This document shows positions 26,446-39,811 of a stretch of 64,000 bases of DNA, one piece after another. Positions within the stretch are counted from its first letter, which is position 1, and each line of letters opens with the position of its first letter. The stretch covers positions 434,001 to 498,000 of the forward strand of contig OZ024740.1 of the NCBI GenBank assembly GCA_964016885.1, read 5' to 3'. A program made the translations under genes and the position numbers. Below the pieces are notes generated by a model. The model ran no database searches. It saw nothing but the letters and a program-made list of their open reading frames with translations, and was not told where the DNA came from. Source of the stretch: Eledone cirrhosa. Taxonomy: Eukaryota.

Positions 26446-28354
26446 GGTAGCACAAAAGAAGTTCACCCTGTCTGGTGATTGTGGTGGTGCCTCAAGAAAG
26501 TGAACCTGATACATGTTATGAAGTAGTTAGTGTTTTAAAGGACATCCAGCCATAGAAACCATACTGAAATAAAATGTGTATGTACAAGACACAGTCAAGT
26601 AACCTGTCTTCTAGCTTCAGAACATAACAACCCCATTTAACCCATGGAAGCACAGAAAATAGATGTAAGACGGTGTTGGTGATGACAATGGTGGTGGTGG
26701 TGCTGATGATGATGATGTTGCCATTCAATAAAATGTGACGTGTCGGAGTTACAGATGCAATCTCTCTGACAGACTTCTACACAGATTCTGTTTACATTCA
26801 CATTGTTTGGGTCAAGTCATTTTGCGGAATTGAACCCAGAAGATCATAATAATTTGATAACAGTCTATTAACTAAGGCCTACATCTGTTTTTTTTGTATA
26901 CCATATATATTATATATACATATATATAGCTGTAGAAACCAAGCAAAAATCAGTTCTGTATGAGCAAGACATGGTCACCTGACCTGGCCTTTCTCACAAC
27001 AGGACAACTCATCTAATACATGCTAGCATGGAAAAATTAACGTTAAACAGTGATGATATATATAAATACAGAATAGTGGTGCATTGTGACCTTAAACGAG
27101 GCACTTCACTTCACATTTTTCCAGTCAAGTTACCTTGGCTACTGACTGGTGTCTTCTCGATAATTTACTACTACAACAAAGGGAGGTAAGCTCCAGCATG
27201 AGGAACCTCCAGGCTTAAGAGAGAGACTTCAATTATAACTAACTAATTAATTAGTGAGCTACTCCCTTACAATAAATTGTGTCAATCATGTAAACAGAAT
27301 AGAAAGAGTTAATTATGTATTGATAATGAGATGTCTAGTGACCCAACTAATGATCTATTTATTAATGAAGAAAACAGTGGGTGTATTCTGTCATGTAATT
27401 AAAATGGCTGTGATGATTAGGTGACTAATGGTTTAAAAAAAAAGGAGATTTATCATTAAATCAGGGATGGGGTCAGAGTTTAGTGCAGAGCATCCTCATC
27501 TTTTTTCATTCTTCTACTTGAAGTTTTTATAGAAAAATCCAAACTAAGATGGTTTAATATTGTCAGCATCATCATCATCACTTTAATGATAATGAAAATT
27601 ATTGTGTACAGTGCTCAGGTGCACTACAACTCATCAAAGGTGCATGTATATTACATAGAATAATGTACAAATGTCAGGAAAATGAACTGTATGGATCATG
27701 TTATACACACAGATACATGTGTGTATATGAAGGAGGAATATCAGGTGTAGTGTTGACGAATTCATGTTTACTTTCCAGGCTGACATGGGTTAGATGGGTT
27801 GTCACTCAGAGTCACTTCTTATTTGGAGATACTGCTCGCTTAGATAGGACAGAGGACTACACCTTGCTCATATATTTCATTTTTTGTATGGTCTCACAGG
27901 TGACAACTTCGGTATGTGTCTTCTGCTGTGGCTTTCGATTGACCAATATATTTCATGGTTGAATTTCATAGATAAAACCTGTGAAAGAGTCCAGCACGCG
28001 TGTGTGTATTAAATGACTGGTAAGTTTCAGAAAGTCAGTACAATGTGGTAGAAATATATAAAGGGCAAAGGATGACAAACAAAACTAAACAAAGTAACAT
28101 TTTATCCAGTAAAAAACATTACTATTGTTAGTAATGAATTAATTGATAATGTTAGTAAATCTCTTCAAATTCTTCATTAATTAATTGAAATTAAGTCCAT
28201 TTCATTAGAAGTATAGTCAGAAAAGGGTTAAAAATATGTATTTTGTATCTAGCTGAGCATTTTTTTTTTGCTTATTAGTCAAGTTCGACGGTCAATCCAG
28301 TGACACTTTTCAAGGCCTCATAATTGTGGGACGTCAAGAGGAAGCTATCCTTAA

Positions 28355-29009
28355 CTCTTACTCATGTCCAGCCAGAATTCACTCACCTCTTTCTGTTCAA
28401 ATAAACCATAACTGGCTGCTCATACTTATGTTAAGGTATTGTTCTCAAAATAAATAATATCAAAATTTCATAGATTCGATATTATATGAGATAAAGCCTT
28501 TACTGTGAAAATATAATATTATATATAGAGTAATGTAAATGTTATGTGAGATATGTGAAGTAAAGTCTTTACTGTGAAAATACAATAGTATATATAGAGT
28601 AATGTAAATGTTATGTGAGGTAAAGCCTTTACTGTGAAAATACAATAGTATATATAGAGTAATGTAAATGTTATGTGAGATATTGTGTAAGGTAAAGCCT
28701 TTACTGTGAAAATACAATAGTATATATAGAGTAATGTAAATGTTATGTGAGATATTATGTAAGGTAAAGCCTTTACTATGAAAATACAATAGTATATATA
28801 GAGTAATGTAAATGTCATGTGAGGTAAAGACTTTACTGTGACAATACAATAGTATATATAGAGTAATGTAAATGTTATGTGAGATATTATGTAAGGTAAA
28901 GCCTTTACTATGAAAATACAATAGTATATATAATGTAAATGTCATGTGAGGTAAAGACTTTACTGTGAAAATACAATACTACATATAGAGTAATGTAAAT
29001 ATTAAAGAG
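28355..29009. mobile_element. TTAA MITE (same family as 2227-2430) with an internal 60/72-bp tandem expansion of about 8 units
   Basis: ttaa|ctctt ... taaatattaaagag|tttaa. The internal sequence is the reverse complement of 2227-2430. Confidence 0.75.
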
Positions 29010-29480
29010 TTTAACAATTCCACCAATCTACAACCCTGAACAGGTTCTTATTTTTATTGTTGCTGGAAGGATGGAAAGCAAAGTTCACCTCACCAGGATT
29101 TGAACTCAGGACATGCACCTGAATGCATTTGGTTCTATTCTCTAACAATTGACTCTGGCAATTCACTGCTTGAAAAGCATAATGTTCTTGCCTATAAGAA
29201 GAACCTTATGTAAAGAGACTGGCATGCAGAGAACCTTTACACTATGTTGTTTAATTTCACTCCATACAACTTGTATAGTACTGATAAGAAAGGCCATGTG
29301 CTTTGTGTTGAAAGTCTTAACATTAAGCCAGTAAAATAGTATCCTGGTCTATATAATAGCTGGGAAAGAATGGGTGATGATGGGAATAGAATTTGGTGAA
29401 ATACCAGTTTAAAATAGACATAAGAGGTCAATAGACAACTGAAAGTGTCACCACTGAATAACAGTCAGGAATAAATTAGA

Positions 29481-29610
29481 ATCATCATCATTATCATCGT
29501 TATCATCATTGTCATTATCACTATTATTATCATCATTGTCGTCATCGCCATTATTATCATTGTCAATATCATCATTGTCATCATCATCATCAGTGTCATC
29601 ATCGTCATTG
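29481..29610. repeat. (TCA)n-like trinucleotide tract
   Basis: Direct reading. Confidence 0.9.
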
Positions 29611-29752
29611 CTTTTACAGCAGGTTCCCATGCTTTTGAGATAGTATTTTACAGTGTGGTGCCCTTCTAGATGCTAACCCCAACTTATCAATGGTACTTTA
29701 TCTCACTGTTCTTCACAATTAAATAAATAAAAATCATAGATATATGGACAGG

Positions 29753-30014
29753 ACCCTGCTGTCTTCAGCTTTTTAAGGGGTCAGTTATGGTGAAACCTTG
29801 GGCAGTACCCTGCTATCTTCAGTTTTTTAAGGGGTCAGCTATGATGAAACCTTGGGCAGTACCCTGCTGTCTTCAGCTTTTTAAAGGGTCAGCTATGGTG
29901 AAACCTTGAACAGTACCCTGCTGTCTTCAGCTTTTTAAGGGGTCAGCTATGATGAAACCTTGGACAGTACCCTGCTGTCTTCAGCTTTTTAGGGGGTCAG
30001 CTATGATGAAACCT
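29753..30014. repeat. 54-bp minisatellite, about 5 copies
   Basis: Unit accctgctgtcttcagctttttaaggggtcagctatgatgaaaccttgggcagt. Confidence 0.93.
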
Positions 30015-30757
30015 ATTTTAGATCTGTTATGTGGGACATTAGATTATTGGAGAATGACAGGTGTGTAGATCTTTAGGTTTGGTTTTGTGAAGAAATAGCC
30101 ATGCTACCATCAATCACATAATATACTTTTCCAGTATCACAGGTAAAAATAGAAAAGCTAAATATAAACTGTAGACCTCATAGTATGTGTGTTTGTGAGT
30201 GTCTGTGTGCATATATGTGTCTGTATGTACATGTATGTGTCTGCATATGTCTGTCTCTGTGTGCATATATGTGTGTGTGTGTGTGTCTGCATGTGTCTGT
30301 CTCTGTGTGCATATGTCTGTCTTTGCATGTGTGTGTCTGCGTGTGTTAGTGTGTCCATGTCTGTGTCTGCGTTTGTTAATGGCGTGGCAAAACTATAAGA
30401 ATTTGTATTAAGACTGCTAGATATGAACAGATTGTTGTTGAATCTGTGATATATTAAGAACGATAAAAAATTCAGGAAGGACAGCAACCCATGACATGAC
30501 TACAATCAGGCATCGTGCCAAGATGTTGTAAGCAGTGGAATACTTAACTAAATGGCTTGGGAGACCAGAGGAGGGAAGGATTGTGCCACTGGCAATATTT
30601 CCCACAAATAACATAACATGATCAACACAAACTAATTTAATTCTTTAATTAAGAAAAGAAACATAGTTTTTGTCTGTGAGCCATTAAACTCATCAAATAC
30701 ATTCCATATAACTTGGTTACTGTGATCTATATTTTCAGAATCTGAAGATTATATATA

Positions 30758-32960
30758 TCATCATCATCATCACCGTTTTGCATCCGTTCTTCCACGCTAG
30801 CATGGGTTAGACGGGTTGTCCTGTTGTGGGCAGTGTCTGGTCGGCTGACCATGCCTTGCTTATACAGGAACTGATTTGGCTTGATTTCTACAGCTGGATG
30901 CCCTTCCTAACACCAACCTCATTTACAGTGAGTGCTGGGTGCTTTTTCGTGGCGCCTACACGTCCACTTTACAGTGTGGGCTGGGTGCTTTTTTGCCGTG
31001 GCACCTCCACGACCACCTTGCAGTGGGAGAGTGTGGGGGCATATTGTCTATATGCTTCAGCTTGTACCCATGGGAGGTCGGGTACTCTGTATTACTGCGT
31101 GACGCCAGGTCACGGTCGTGTGTCATCGCCTTTGAGAGGTGTAATTGGGTAAGGTCGGCTTTTATCACCTCATCCCAGGTCTTCTTGGGTCTCCCCACTC
31201 CGCGGTTTCCATTGACTTCTAGTGCTCTGCACCTTTTTATGCAGCTGTCATCCTTCATACGCATCACATGTCCATACCAACGCAACCGCCTCTCCTGCAC
31301 ACACCATTTGATTCCTCTTATGCTCAGTCTCTCTCTCAATTCATTTATGCTTTGTCGTTTGCGTATATTACAATTACACATCCATCAGAGCATGCAGGCT
31401 TCGTTTCTCTCTAATCTATGTAAGTCTTCCACCTTCAGCGCCCAGGTCTCACTACCATGTAACATTGCTGTTTGGATACATGCATCATACAGTCTGCCTT
31501 TCATTTTGAGGGAGAAGCCTTTTGCAGCTAGCAGTGTCAGTAGTTCCCTGAACTTCTTCCATCCCGTTCTTACCCTAGTTATTGTACTTTCTGAACACCC
31601 ACCTCCGCCTCTAATTCGGTCACCTAGGTAGCAGAAGCTGTCTACTGTCTCTACAGAGCCCTCCCAGAGATTGGTGGAACTTGTTTCCTGTGGCTGTTTG
31701 CTGCTTGCTACCCCAGCACAGCTGCTGCAAGTGAAGCCTACATTCTTAATTAAGCTTCCTGAGATCCCGCTACATCTCTTGTGTACCCATTGTTTGCATT
31801 TGGGGCAGAGAATGGAGTTCCTACCTACACCTTTCCTACATACTGAGCAAGGCCATTTCCCTGAGGGGATCTGGGTTCTGTTTTCTCGTCTACTTACAAG
31901 GACCTTAGTCTTTGTCATGTTGACTTTCAGACCCTTTCTTTCTAGTTCCTGCTTCCAAGTTTGAATTTCTTCTCTAGTTCTACCATAGATTCAGCTATAA
32001 GTGCGAGGTCATCAGCATACAGGAGTTCCCATGGGCATCCGGTCTTAAACTCTTCCGTTATTGCCTGCAGGACTATGATGAACAGGAGAGGGCTAAGAAC
32101 AGAGCCCTGGTGGACCCTGTACGCTAAATTCCTCGCTATACTCATTGCTAATCCTAACTTTGCTGACTGCTCCCCTATACATGGCTTGTACAGCTTTCAC
32201 AAGCCATTCATCTACTACTAGTTTTCTAAGAGCCCACCAGATTACAGCACGTGGAACTCTGTCAAAGGCTTTCTCGAGATCGACGAATGCCAGGTAGAGT
32301 GGCTTACTTTTAGCTAGGTACTTTTCCTGTAACTGCCTCACAAGGAAGAGGGCATCAGTGGTGCCTCTTCCTGGTACAAACCCAAATTGCATCTCATCTA
32401 GCTTCACCCGGTCCCTAATCAACTGTGCTATAACTCTTTCTGTTACTTTTATGACCTTGTCCATCAGCTTTATACCTCTATAGTTTCCTCTATCGAGTGC
32501 ATCACCTTTACCTTTGTAGCAGTTGACAACGATGCTACTGCACCAATCTTTTGGTATGACACCTTCTTGTATTACCTGGTTAACAATACGTGTGGTTATA
32601 GTGTGACCTACAGACCCAGATGCCTTCAGCATCTCGGCAGCTATACCCGATGGACCAGTTGCCTTCCCCAACTTTATATCTTTGATTGCCTTACTTACTA
32701 CGCTGCTGCTGACTTGTACTGCTGGCCACTCTATAGGGTCTCTTCTTCCCATGCATTCTCCTCATAGCTGTTCGATGCATCTTTCTTCTCAGCACTTGTG
32801 AGGGCAAGCTCACCTTTATCATTCCGGATACACTTCTCTCCAATGACATTACAATTCTCTCTGCCTCGCAATCTTGAACACCTCCTGTTTCTGGTCCTCA
32901 CGTTGCAAAACATGTTTGAATTTTCTATCCTCTGCTTCCCTCCTAGCTAAGTATACTTGT
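30758..32960 (-). mobile_element. RTE-clade LINE, 5'-truncated, sister subfamily of the 1-1821 and 10468-12628 copies
   Basis: ORFs 32093-32752, 31942-32145, 31385-31918 and 30956-31381 carry RT motifs and the same Cys/His finger; (CAT)n tail at 30758. Confidence 0.95.
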
Positions 32961-33277
32961 CACACATATATATATGTGTGTGTGTAGCTATAGGAAAATA
33001 GTCAGGGACCCGACGGCTGAACTCTGGCCGTTTTGACAGCTAGAGATATCTCTCTCTGTTTCTTTACATGAAGTTCTTCTCTTTATCTATCTTTCCATCT
33101 CTCTATTTTGTTGCATGCATTTCTTCCTTTTCTTCGTTTTCTTTCTTTCTTTCCTTCTTTCTTTCTTTCTTTCTGTTTACAATTTTTCACTGCCAAATCA
33201 ACTTTTTCAAATACAAGTCGATGTTGAACGGTATGTCAAATCTATTTATCTATAAAACTGTCTATATTGTATTTTGT

Positions 33278-33319
33278 CTGAAGAAGGCATAACATATTGT
33301 TAATATGATATCCCTGAAA
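33278..33319 (+). ncRNA. Degenerate hammerhead-like motif in a probable Penelope pLTR remnant (about 33000-33370)
   Basis: CTGAAGA, then a 14-bp stem AGGCATAACATATT(GTT)AATATGATATCCCT with 2 mismatches, then GAAA. Stems I and III are not recoverable. Confidence 0.5.
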
Positions 33320-33490
33320 TATATATAATGAAATAAATATGGTTTTATAAATATAGTTTCCATTTATTTAATATCGTATATATATATATATATATATATT
33401 GAATGTGGTATATACTAATGGCCTCAATGAAACCATTAACTGTAGCACTTGTTTTCCCATATGAGACATAAACAAACATCACCACTTGGT

Positions 33491-33525
<35 letters not shown>

Positions 33526-34223
33526 CCATCTATGTATAAGGGATGGTGTGAAAACCTTTGAGCAAAACAGGATAATGTAAGTAAATATGAAGAGGAATAT
33601 AAGGGAACATGAAATTAATGGAACTTTTTCTACTTGTACAGTTTGTAACAGAATCTGCCTGTCATAAGGTGGATTTCAATCTCACATAAGAGCACACAAT
33701 TGGACACTCCCTACTGACTACAAACCATACAAACTAGTTCCCCCTTATCAATGCCACATATGCCACAAAAAAAATCTGCATATCTCAGGGAGGTCTAAAG
33801 AGATATTTCAAGGTTCACCAAAATATATAGGCAGTCCAAAAGTATTGTGTAATTTCTGTGGACAGCTTTTTAAAAGCATGTCTGGTCTAAAGACCACATC
33901 AGATCTCATGCCAGAACTGAATATTATGTACACTGAAGTTGTCAAGCTTTGTATAACCATAATATTTATGTATAAATATATCATCATCATCGCCATTTTA
34001 ACGTTTGCTTTCTCTGCTAGCAAGGGTTGTATAGATCTACCTAGATCAAATCAGTACTGAAGCCGAGCCACTGATCTCTCAGACAGGCCAGGGAACTGTG
34101 TCTCACTTATGTATGGTCTCACGTTCCATCGAGTGCACAGGTGAGGTTGTCATGTTTTTGACTACACACATATCACTCAGTACTTGGCTTAAGGCTGTAC
34201 CTGTTCTGCTGTTTGAGAGTCAT

Positions 34224-34600
34224 TGGATTGGCAGTATCGGTAGGGGGTCGGACACCATGCTTTGCAGCAAAGAGTTACGGCCCTTTATGGTTTGAATTCA
34301 AATCCCGCTGAGGTTAACTTTGCCTTTCATCCTTATGGGGTCGATAAAATAAAGTACCAGTAATACACTGGGATAATTGCTGGCTTTGTGCCAAAAGTAG
34401 AAACAATTATTATGTGGATTGGCAGTATCGGTAGAGGGTCGCATGCCATGCTTTGCAGCAAAGAGTTACATCCCTTTATGGTCTGAGTTCAAATCCCGCA
34501 TAGGTTAGTTTTGCTTTCTTCCTTACGGAGTCGATAAAATAAAGTACCAGTAATATACTGGGATAATTGCTGGCCTTGTGCCAAAAGTAGAAACAATTAT
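34224..34600 (+). mobile_element. Two tandem tRNA-derived SINEs (Nin/Deu-like core)
   Basis: A box tggcagtatcggtag, B box gagttcaaatccc, core gcctttcatcct..ggggtcgataaaataaagtaccag, (ATT) tail. Confidence 0.88.
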
Positions 34601-35449
34601 GTAAATCTACACCAGTGGTTCCCTAATTTATTTTATTATATAACCTTCATTGACCCTACCATTCTCTAATTTTAATAAGCTATTAAATGAAACAAAAAAG
34701 GAATTTATTCGGCTAAAGATATTATAGATGTTTATTAAATGTTTTTATGTATTTAGGGTTTCTTGGAGGAACCCTACTTCGGGTTTTACAAAATTAGAAC
34801 CCCACAGACCGAGCTAACAGAGTCCTAAGCAGGAAAAACTGTATTTCTCTGCCTAGCTAGACATAGAGAAGAAAGGACTAGGTTTAAGTCATTCGTAAAA
34901 AAAAAAAATATCACCACCCTTTCCCCTCTTACCATCCACCTCCCCTATATCCTTATCTTCCTCCCGTCTCTCTTTCTCTTAATTTTTTACTGATGGTCAT
35001 ATATGATTATATAAAATCTCACTTGTTCACTGAACAAACTAGTTCAAAACTCTTGTAGTTTATAGGATAACTGGTGTAGCTGCTTTAGGTAAACAGACGT
35101 GGGTGGTTTACAAGAAAGAACATAAAAAATAAAAACTGAAGTTATATTGATTTTTGTGGCTGCATTAGGAGGCTTTTGTCGAGATAAAGATGAATTATAC
35201 CATTACATTCTGTTGTTTCCACCCTCCATTGTATGACTGACTCTCTACTATGTAGCCTCTTCTACATATATGTGTATGTATGAATATATACACACACAGA
35301 GCTAGTAAAGGACGTGTGAATAGATAGGTAAAGATATCCAAGGTATAGAGCAACCCAAGTCCGTAGGACAAGTTTGAATAAGATTATTAAGGCCAGGTAT
35401 GGCGCTGTTGTAGTAACTACCCTTATATATACATATATATATATAGTAT

Positions 35450-35550
35450 ATCATCATCATCATCGTTTAACGTCCATCTTCCACACTAGCATGGGTCTGG
35501 ACATAACCCATGCTAGCGTGGAAAATGGATGTTAAACGCAGATGATGATA
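35450..35550. repeat. Small fold-back made of two RTE 3' ends in inverted orientation
   Basis: catcgtttaacgtccatcttccacactagcatgggt / acccatgctagcgtggaaaatggatgttaaacg. Confidence 0.8.
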
Positions 35551-35666
35551 TTATATATATATATTTAGGTTAGTTGGTTCACCACTGGATAGAACTCGTC
35601 ATTCCGTATGGTCAATCTCGATGTAATATTATGGCGAGTACTCAACGTAATGCAACTTATATTTAG

Positions 35667-35724
35667 AATACCTGATGATATCACCGGATTCATACTGAAC
35701 CCGGTCATTGAAATGATCATAATA
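35667..35724 (+). ncRNA. Degenerate hammerhead-like motif
   Basis: AATAC-CTGATGA-T-ATCACCGGATTCA(TAC)TGAACCCGGTCAT-T-GAAA-TGATC-ATAAT. Stem II has 11 of 13 pairs, and the 3' part looks CpG-decayed. Confidence 0.55.
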
Positions 35725-36377
35725 TAATAAACTTTTCAAGGATTTACACCAGTCCAACCTCCTGTTATTTTATAATAATTATATATATATATATATATAT
35801 ATTCATGTGTCGTCCACTATTAGGTAATATTTCTATAATTTAATACAGTGTAATATCTACTTCAGTATTACTACTACTGTTGCTACCACCTCTACTATGG
35901 TTACTTTTATTAGTTTTACTTGTTACAACTCTCCACTTGTAAATATTGTTAATCAATATATTTACCTATTTCTTTTAACCAAATATTTTCTATTAATCCT
36001 CTTTACATTAATGTTTTTTTTTTTTTTTTTTTTTGTTTCTTCTCTCTGATAATAATTAATTTGCTTATTGGATTAAATACCAAATGTACTAATGTTCTAT
36101 ATGTCATACTTAGGGATTTCCTTATGTGGGGAAATTAGTTAGCTTCTGTTTTTTTGTTTTTTTAAACCTTATCAAGACTATTTTGACTACAAAATGGTTT
36201 TCTGACAAAATTAAATTTAAAAAAAAAATAAAACATACTGACATAATTGAAAAAAAAAGAAGAAAACTAAAGAAGCCAATTTTCCACATTTGACCAAGAT
36301 ATTCACTGGCTGACTCATATATACTAGGTGGCCTGAATCTCTGGAAAGGCACCTAAGAATGGCTATCAGGAGTGATA

Positions 36378-37100
36378 ATCCCTTCTTCTTCGCCCACTTA
36401 TTCCTGAGAGGGTCATAGAGGCAAACTTCTGAAACAATCCTTCCAGTGGGTTCTGACAGAAGCAACAAATTTCTAACTGATCCAGCTGGATCCCCACACG
36501 AGACCAGCCAAGCTCATGGATGTTATCCAACCATCTTGCTCGGAGTTTACCCCTTGGGTCTCCTCCCAATTTTCAAAAAGAGTGACAAGAGAGATTGCTC
36601 TAAATATAGGATTTGTTGCCCTGAAGTCACTATACAAATGCCCTAGTATTTGTGTTAAAAAAATGGCACTATGTCATGACCATTTAATGTGGATGTCAGT
36701 CTCCACCAAGGGTGTGTACTGTCACCTTTCCTCTTCATAATCATCATGAATAGGATTGACATGTGCAGCTGGGCTGGATGTGAAATCAAGACTGGCAGGT
36801 GTAGGATCAGTCAGCTGATATTGCAAATAACATGGTATTACTAAACTCATCTGAAGATGATCGCCGACATGCACTTGATAGGTTTAATGCCAAGTTCTGT
36901 ATGGCAGGAATGAAAATCAGTGCTGCAAAAACTGAGGCACTCATCCTCATAACGAAACCTGCGCAGTGCATTCTACATGTGAATGGAGTTACACTGAAGC
37001 AGGTGGAAGTGTTCAAGTTCCTCGGAGCCATGTTCATGAGTGATGGAAGGCAGGCGGCTGAATTAAGTGCAATAGTTACAGGTGCTGATGCAGAAATGTG
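36378..37100. mobile_element. Old RTE fragments, rearranged (minus-strand C-terminus plus plus-strand RT pieces)
   Basis: Plus strand: IFKKSDKRDCSKYR and MKISAAKTE...KQVEVFKFLG. Minus strand: RGKLRARWLDNI. Confidence 0.7.
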
Positions 37101-37169
37101 AGGTAGGTGTCTATATATATATAGACAATATACACTCCTCCTCACACACCCTACTCCATCCTCCCACTT

Positions 37170-37400
37170 CCGTCCACTGTAAAATGGTCGTGTAAGTGAC
37201 ATGACAAAAAGCACCCAGTCCACACTGTAAATGTGGTTGCTGTTAGGAAGGGCATCCAGCCATAGAAAACCTGCTAGAAACGGTTCTGTATGAGCGAAAC
37301 ACAGTCACCTGACCAATCTTGCCTCAAGTGGGACAAACCTGTCCAACCCATGCTAGCGGGGAAGATGGATGTTAAACGATGATGATGATGATGATGATGA
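37170..37400 (+). mobile_element. RTE 3'-end fragment or RTE-tailed short element
   Basis: cccagtccacactgtaaatgtggttg..ttaggaagggcatccagc ... gttaaacgatgatgat. Confidence 0.85.
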
Positions 37401-38227
37401 TCCACACACACACAAATGTAGTCTAGATAAGCACATGAAGTATGTGGGTTTAATAAACAGTTCCATCAGTACACACAGCTTTTGTATAAGGAGGTGGTTT
37501 CCAACAGGATATCAGCTACTTTGTTACAGGTTAGATTTGTTTTGTAAGTTATGTCAAGTATGGGAGTAAAATATCATTTGTGAATACCTCAAGGGACCCA
37601 TAATTATTCATAGCTGGTTCTGGTTTCAGTTTCTTAAGCAGAGCTCACTCTCCTTGTAGATTACATTGCAGTCTTATCACTTATACTCTTTCAAGAATGT
37701 CTGGAGTCTGTTCACAACAGATGCTGGAAGGGAGTTTATGAGAATTGACCTTGAAATTCTTAAGCTGATAATCCTGTGCTATCCTTCCTTGAGCCCTCAA
37801 TTCTTAATGGAGTTGTAGCATGTCTTGGATATTTTAAGCCTGGCAGAGTCCTAATCTCTGCATGTCTGACCATCCATCATTCCTTGAACTCTCAACTTCT
37901 GATAAATTTGTAGAAGTGCCATTGAGACATAGGGCATATCTCGGGTATTTTAAACCTAGTGGAGTCATCCCTCTCCAGGTATGACCACAGACACGACCAG
38001 GAAGAAAGAGAGATGGAGAAGAATCATTTCCACAACTGGACTGGTGATAATTTATCAATCCCAAAAGGGCGAATGACAAAGTTGACCTCAGTGGAATTTG
38101 AACTCTGAACACACAGAGCCAGAATGAATACCTCAAGTCATTGTATCTAATGCTTTAATCATCATCATCATTTTACATCTGCTTTCCATGTTGGCATCTC
38201 TTGGACTGGTCAATTCCTATTCAATAG

Positions 38228-38437
38228 GTTGGCAGTATCAGTAAAGTGTCGGGCAACATGCTTTATGGCATAGTTACACCCCTTTACGATCTGAGTTCAA
38301 ATCCTTCCGAGGTAGCTTTGCTTTTCATCCTTACGGGGTCAATAAAATAAAGTACCAGTAATGTACTGGGGTTGATTTAATCAACTTTCCCCTACCCAAA
38401 GATTGTTGGCCTTGTGGCTAAATCAGAAAGCATTATT
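38228..38437 (+). mobile_element. tRNA-derived SINE (Nin/Deu-like core)
   Basis: Same A box, B box and core as 34224; another copy lies on the minus strand at about 38040-38155. Confidence 0.82.
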
Positions 38438-38929
38438 TCTTCCCAACACTCACTGCTTAACAAAGTGTACTGGGTACATTTTATTGCAGCATTAATCCAT
38501 GAAAGGTTGTTGTAACCTTGACAAGATTGTTGGATTGTCAACCATATTACAAAGTCACTTTGCTTATTCTACTTCTGCCATGGTTTTTGGAATAGCCTCT
38601 ATTTACTTACAAACTTGTACATCTGGTTAATTATTTGTTCTTTCCCTTCAAATAAACTTCCCTAAATTCACGTGAATAGTCTAAAGTTTCACCTGTAATT
38701 AATTTTACACAGAAAAGCAATTCTACAAGTTCTAAGAACTTCAGGTGTTAAAATAGAAGTATTTCTATGACATAGCAGTAATAAGAAAAGCTTCAGTTTT
38801 GGTGGGTTTTTTGGGGTTTTTTATTGCAGTGAACTAGCCAAACAGATAAGATATTAAAAATAATTGGGGGCGAAGGAGTAGACTATAAGTTAATATCTAC
38901 TGAAGTTATTTTATTGTGCTTCTGTGCAG

Positions 38930-39070
38930 GTGTCTACCTGCCCAAGAAGATATATCTATCAGTTTTTTTTATGCAGAAGTCCAGTGTATTCTACCTGAGA
39001 ATATATTTTGGTTGGTTTTATGGTATGAAGTAGATAAATCTCTCATTGATTGGACATCCACACTTTGCAG
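38930..39070 (+). other. Candidate non-coding (5'UTR) exon of the HECW-like gene
   Basis: Acceptor ttttattgtgcttctgtgcag| and donor CAG|gtaacc bracket 141 nt of non-repetitive DNA. Splice signals are the only evidence. Confidence 0.25.
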
Positions 39071-39811
39071 GTAACCTTCTCAGATGATCTAGTTGCATTG
39101 AGGTAATGTACAGTTTCTACGTTGAAACTAAGAAATATTAGCAGCAAATTTGATCTTGTGGCCTTTACTCAATCATACTATCTCTACTATAGAATCACCA
39201 GTGACTGTTTTGAAATGTTTGGCATACAAAATACACCTCTCTTTCTCTGAATGGTTCTTAAGTCATGTACTCAAACTCTCTAATATATGTTTTTTTATCA
39301 ACATATTCTGACAATATGATGGGCACAGCATAAAATAGCTTTGGATAGAATATATCGTAATATTTGTTCTCGCGTTCAAATTTCACCATGGTCAGCTTTG
39401 TATTTCATCCTTTTGAGGTTGATATTATAAAGTACTAGTCGAGAGCAGGGAATTGTCAGACTGCCAGACAAAATGCCTTGCTGTATCCAGCACTTTGCAG
39501 TCTCAGCTCAAATTCCATCTAGGGTCTCAAGTCCCACCAATGGCCAGGGATCTTAGAACTACAACTGATATGAAATCAGCAATGTGTGGAGGATGATTGT
39601 GGCTGTGTGCTGCTGTAGTTGAACAATGATGGTTACACCTGTCTAATGTTGGTAACAATATACCCCTTGTATTTTTGTTGTGTATCATCTTATCTGGCAA
39701 ATTTGATATTCCCAGATCTGGTCTAAACTATTCTCCAAAGCCTTCTTTGATATATATATATAAACTAATTACATTTTATACTTGTCAATTAATATCAGAG
39801 AAGGACTTTGT

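Noticed and set aside
24813-26514. Repetitive ORFs on the minus strand
   Set aside because: They are by-products of a 48-bp (multiple of 3) minisatellite derived from non-coding RTE UTR.
29448-29630. Poly-Asp/Asn ORF
   Set aside because: It is a (TCA)n trinucleotide tract with no splice or homology support.
29753-30014. Tandem hammerheads (CTGAAGA on the minus strand of each 54-bp unit)
   Set aside because: No stem II followed by GAAA on the same strand.
30939-31631. 230-aa plus-strand ORF and other antisense ORFs over LINEs
   Set aside because: These are shadow frames of RT coding sequence on the opposite strand.
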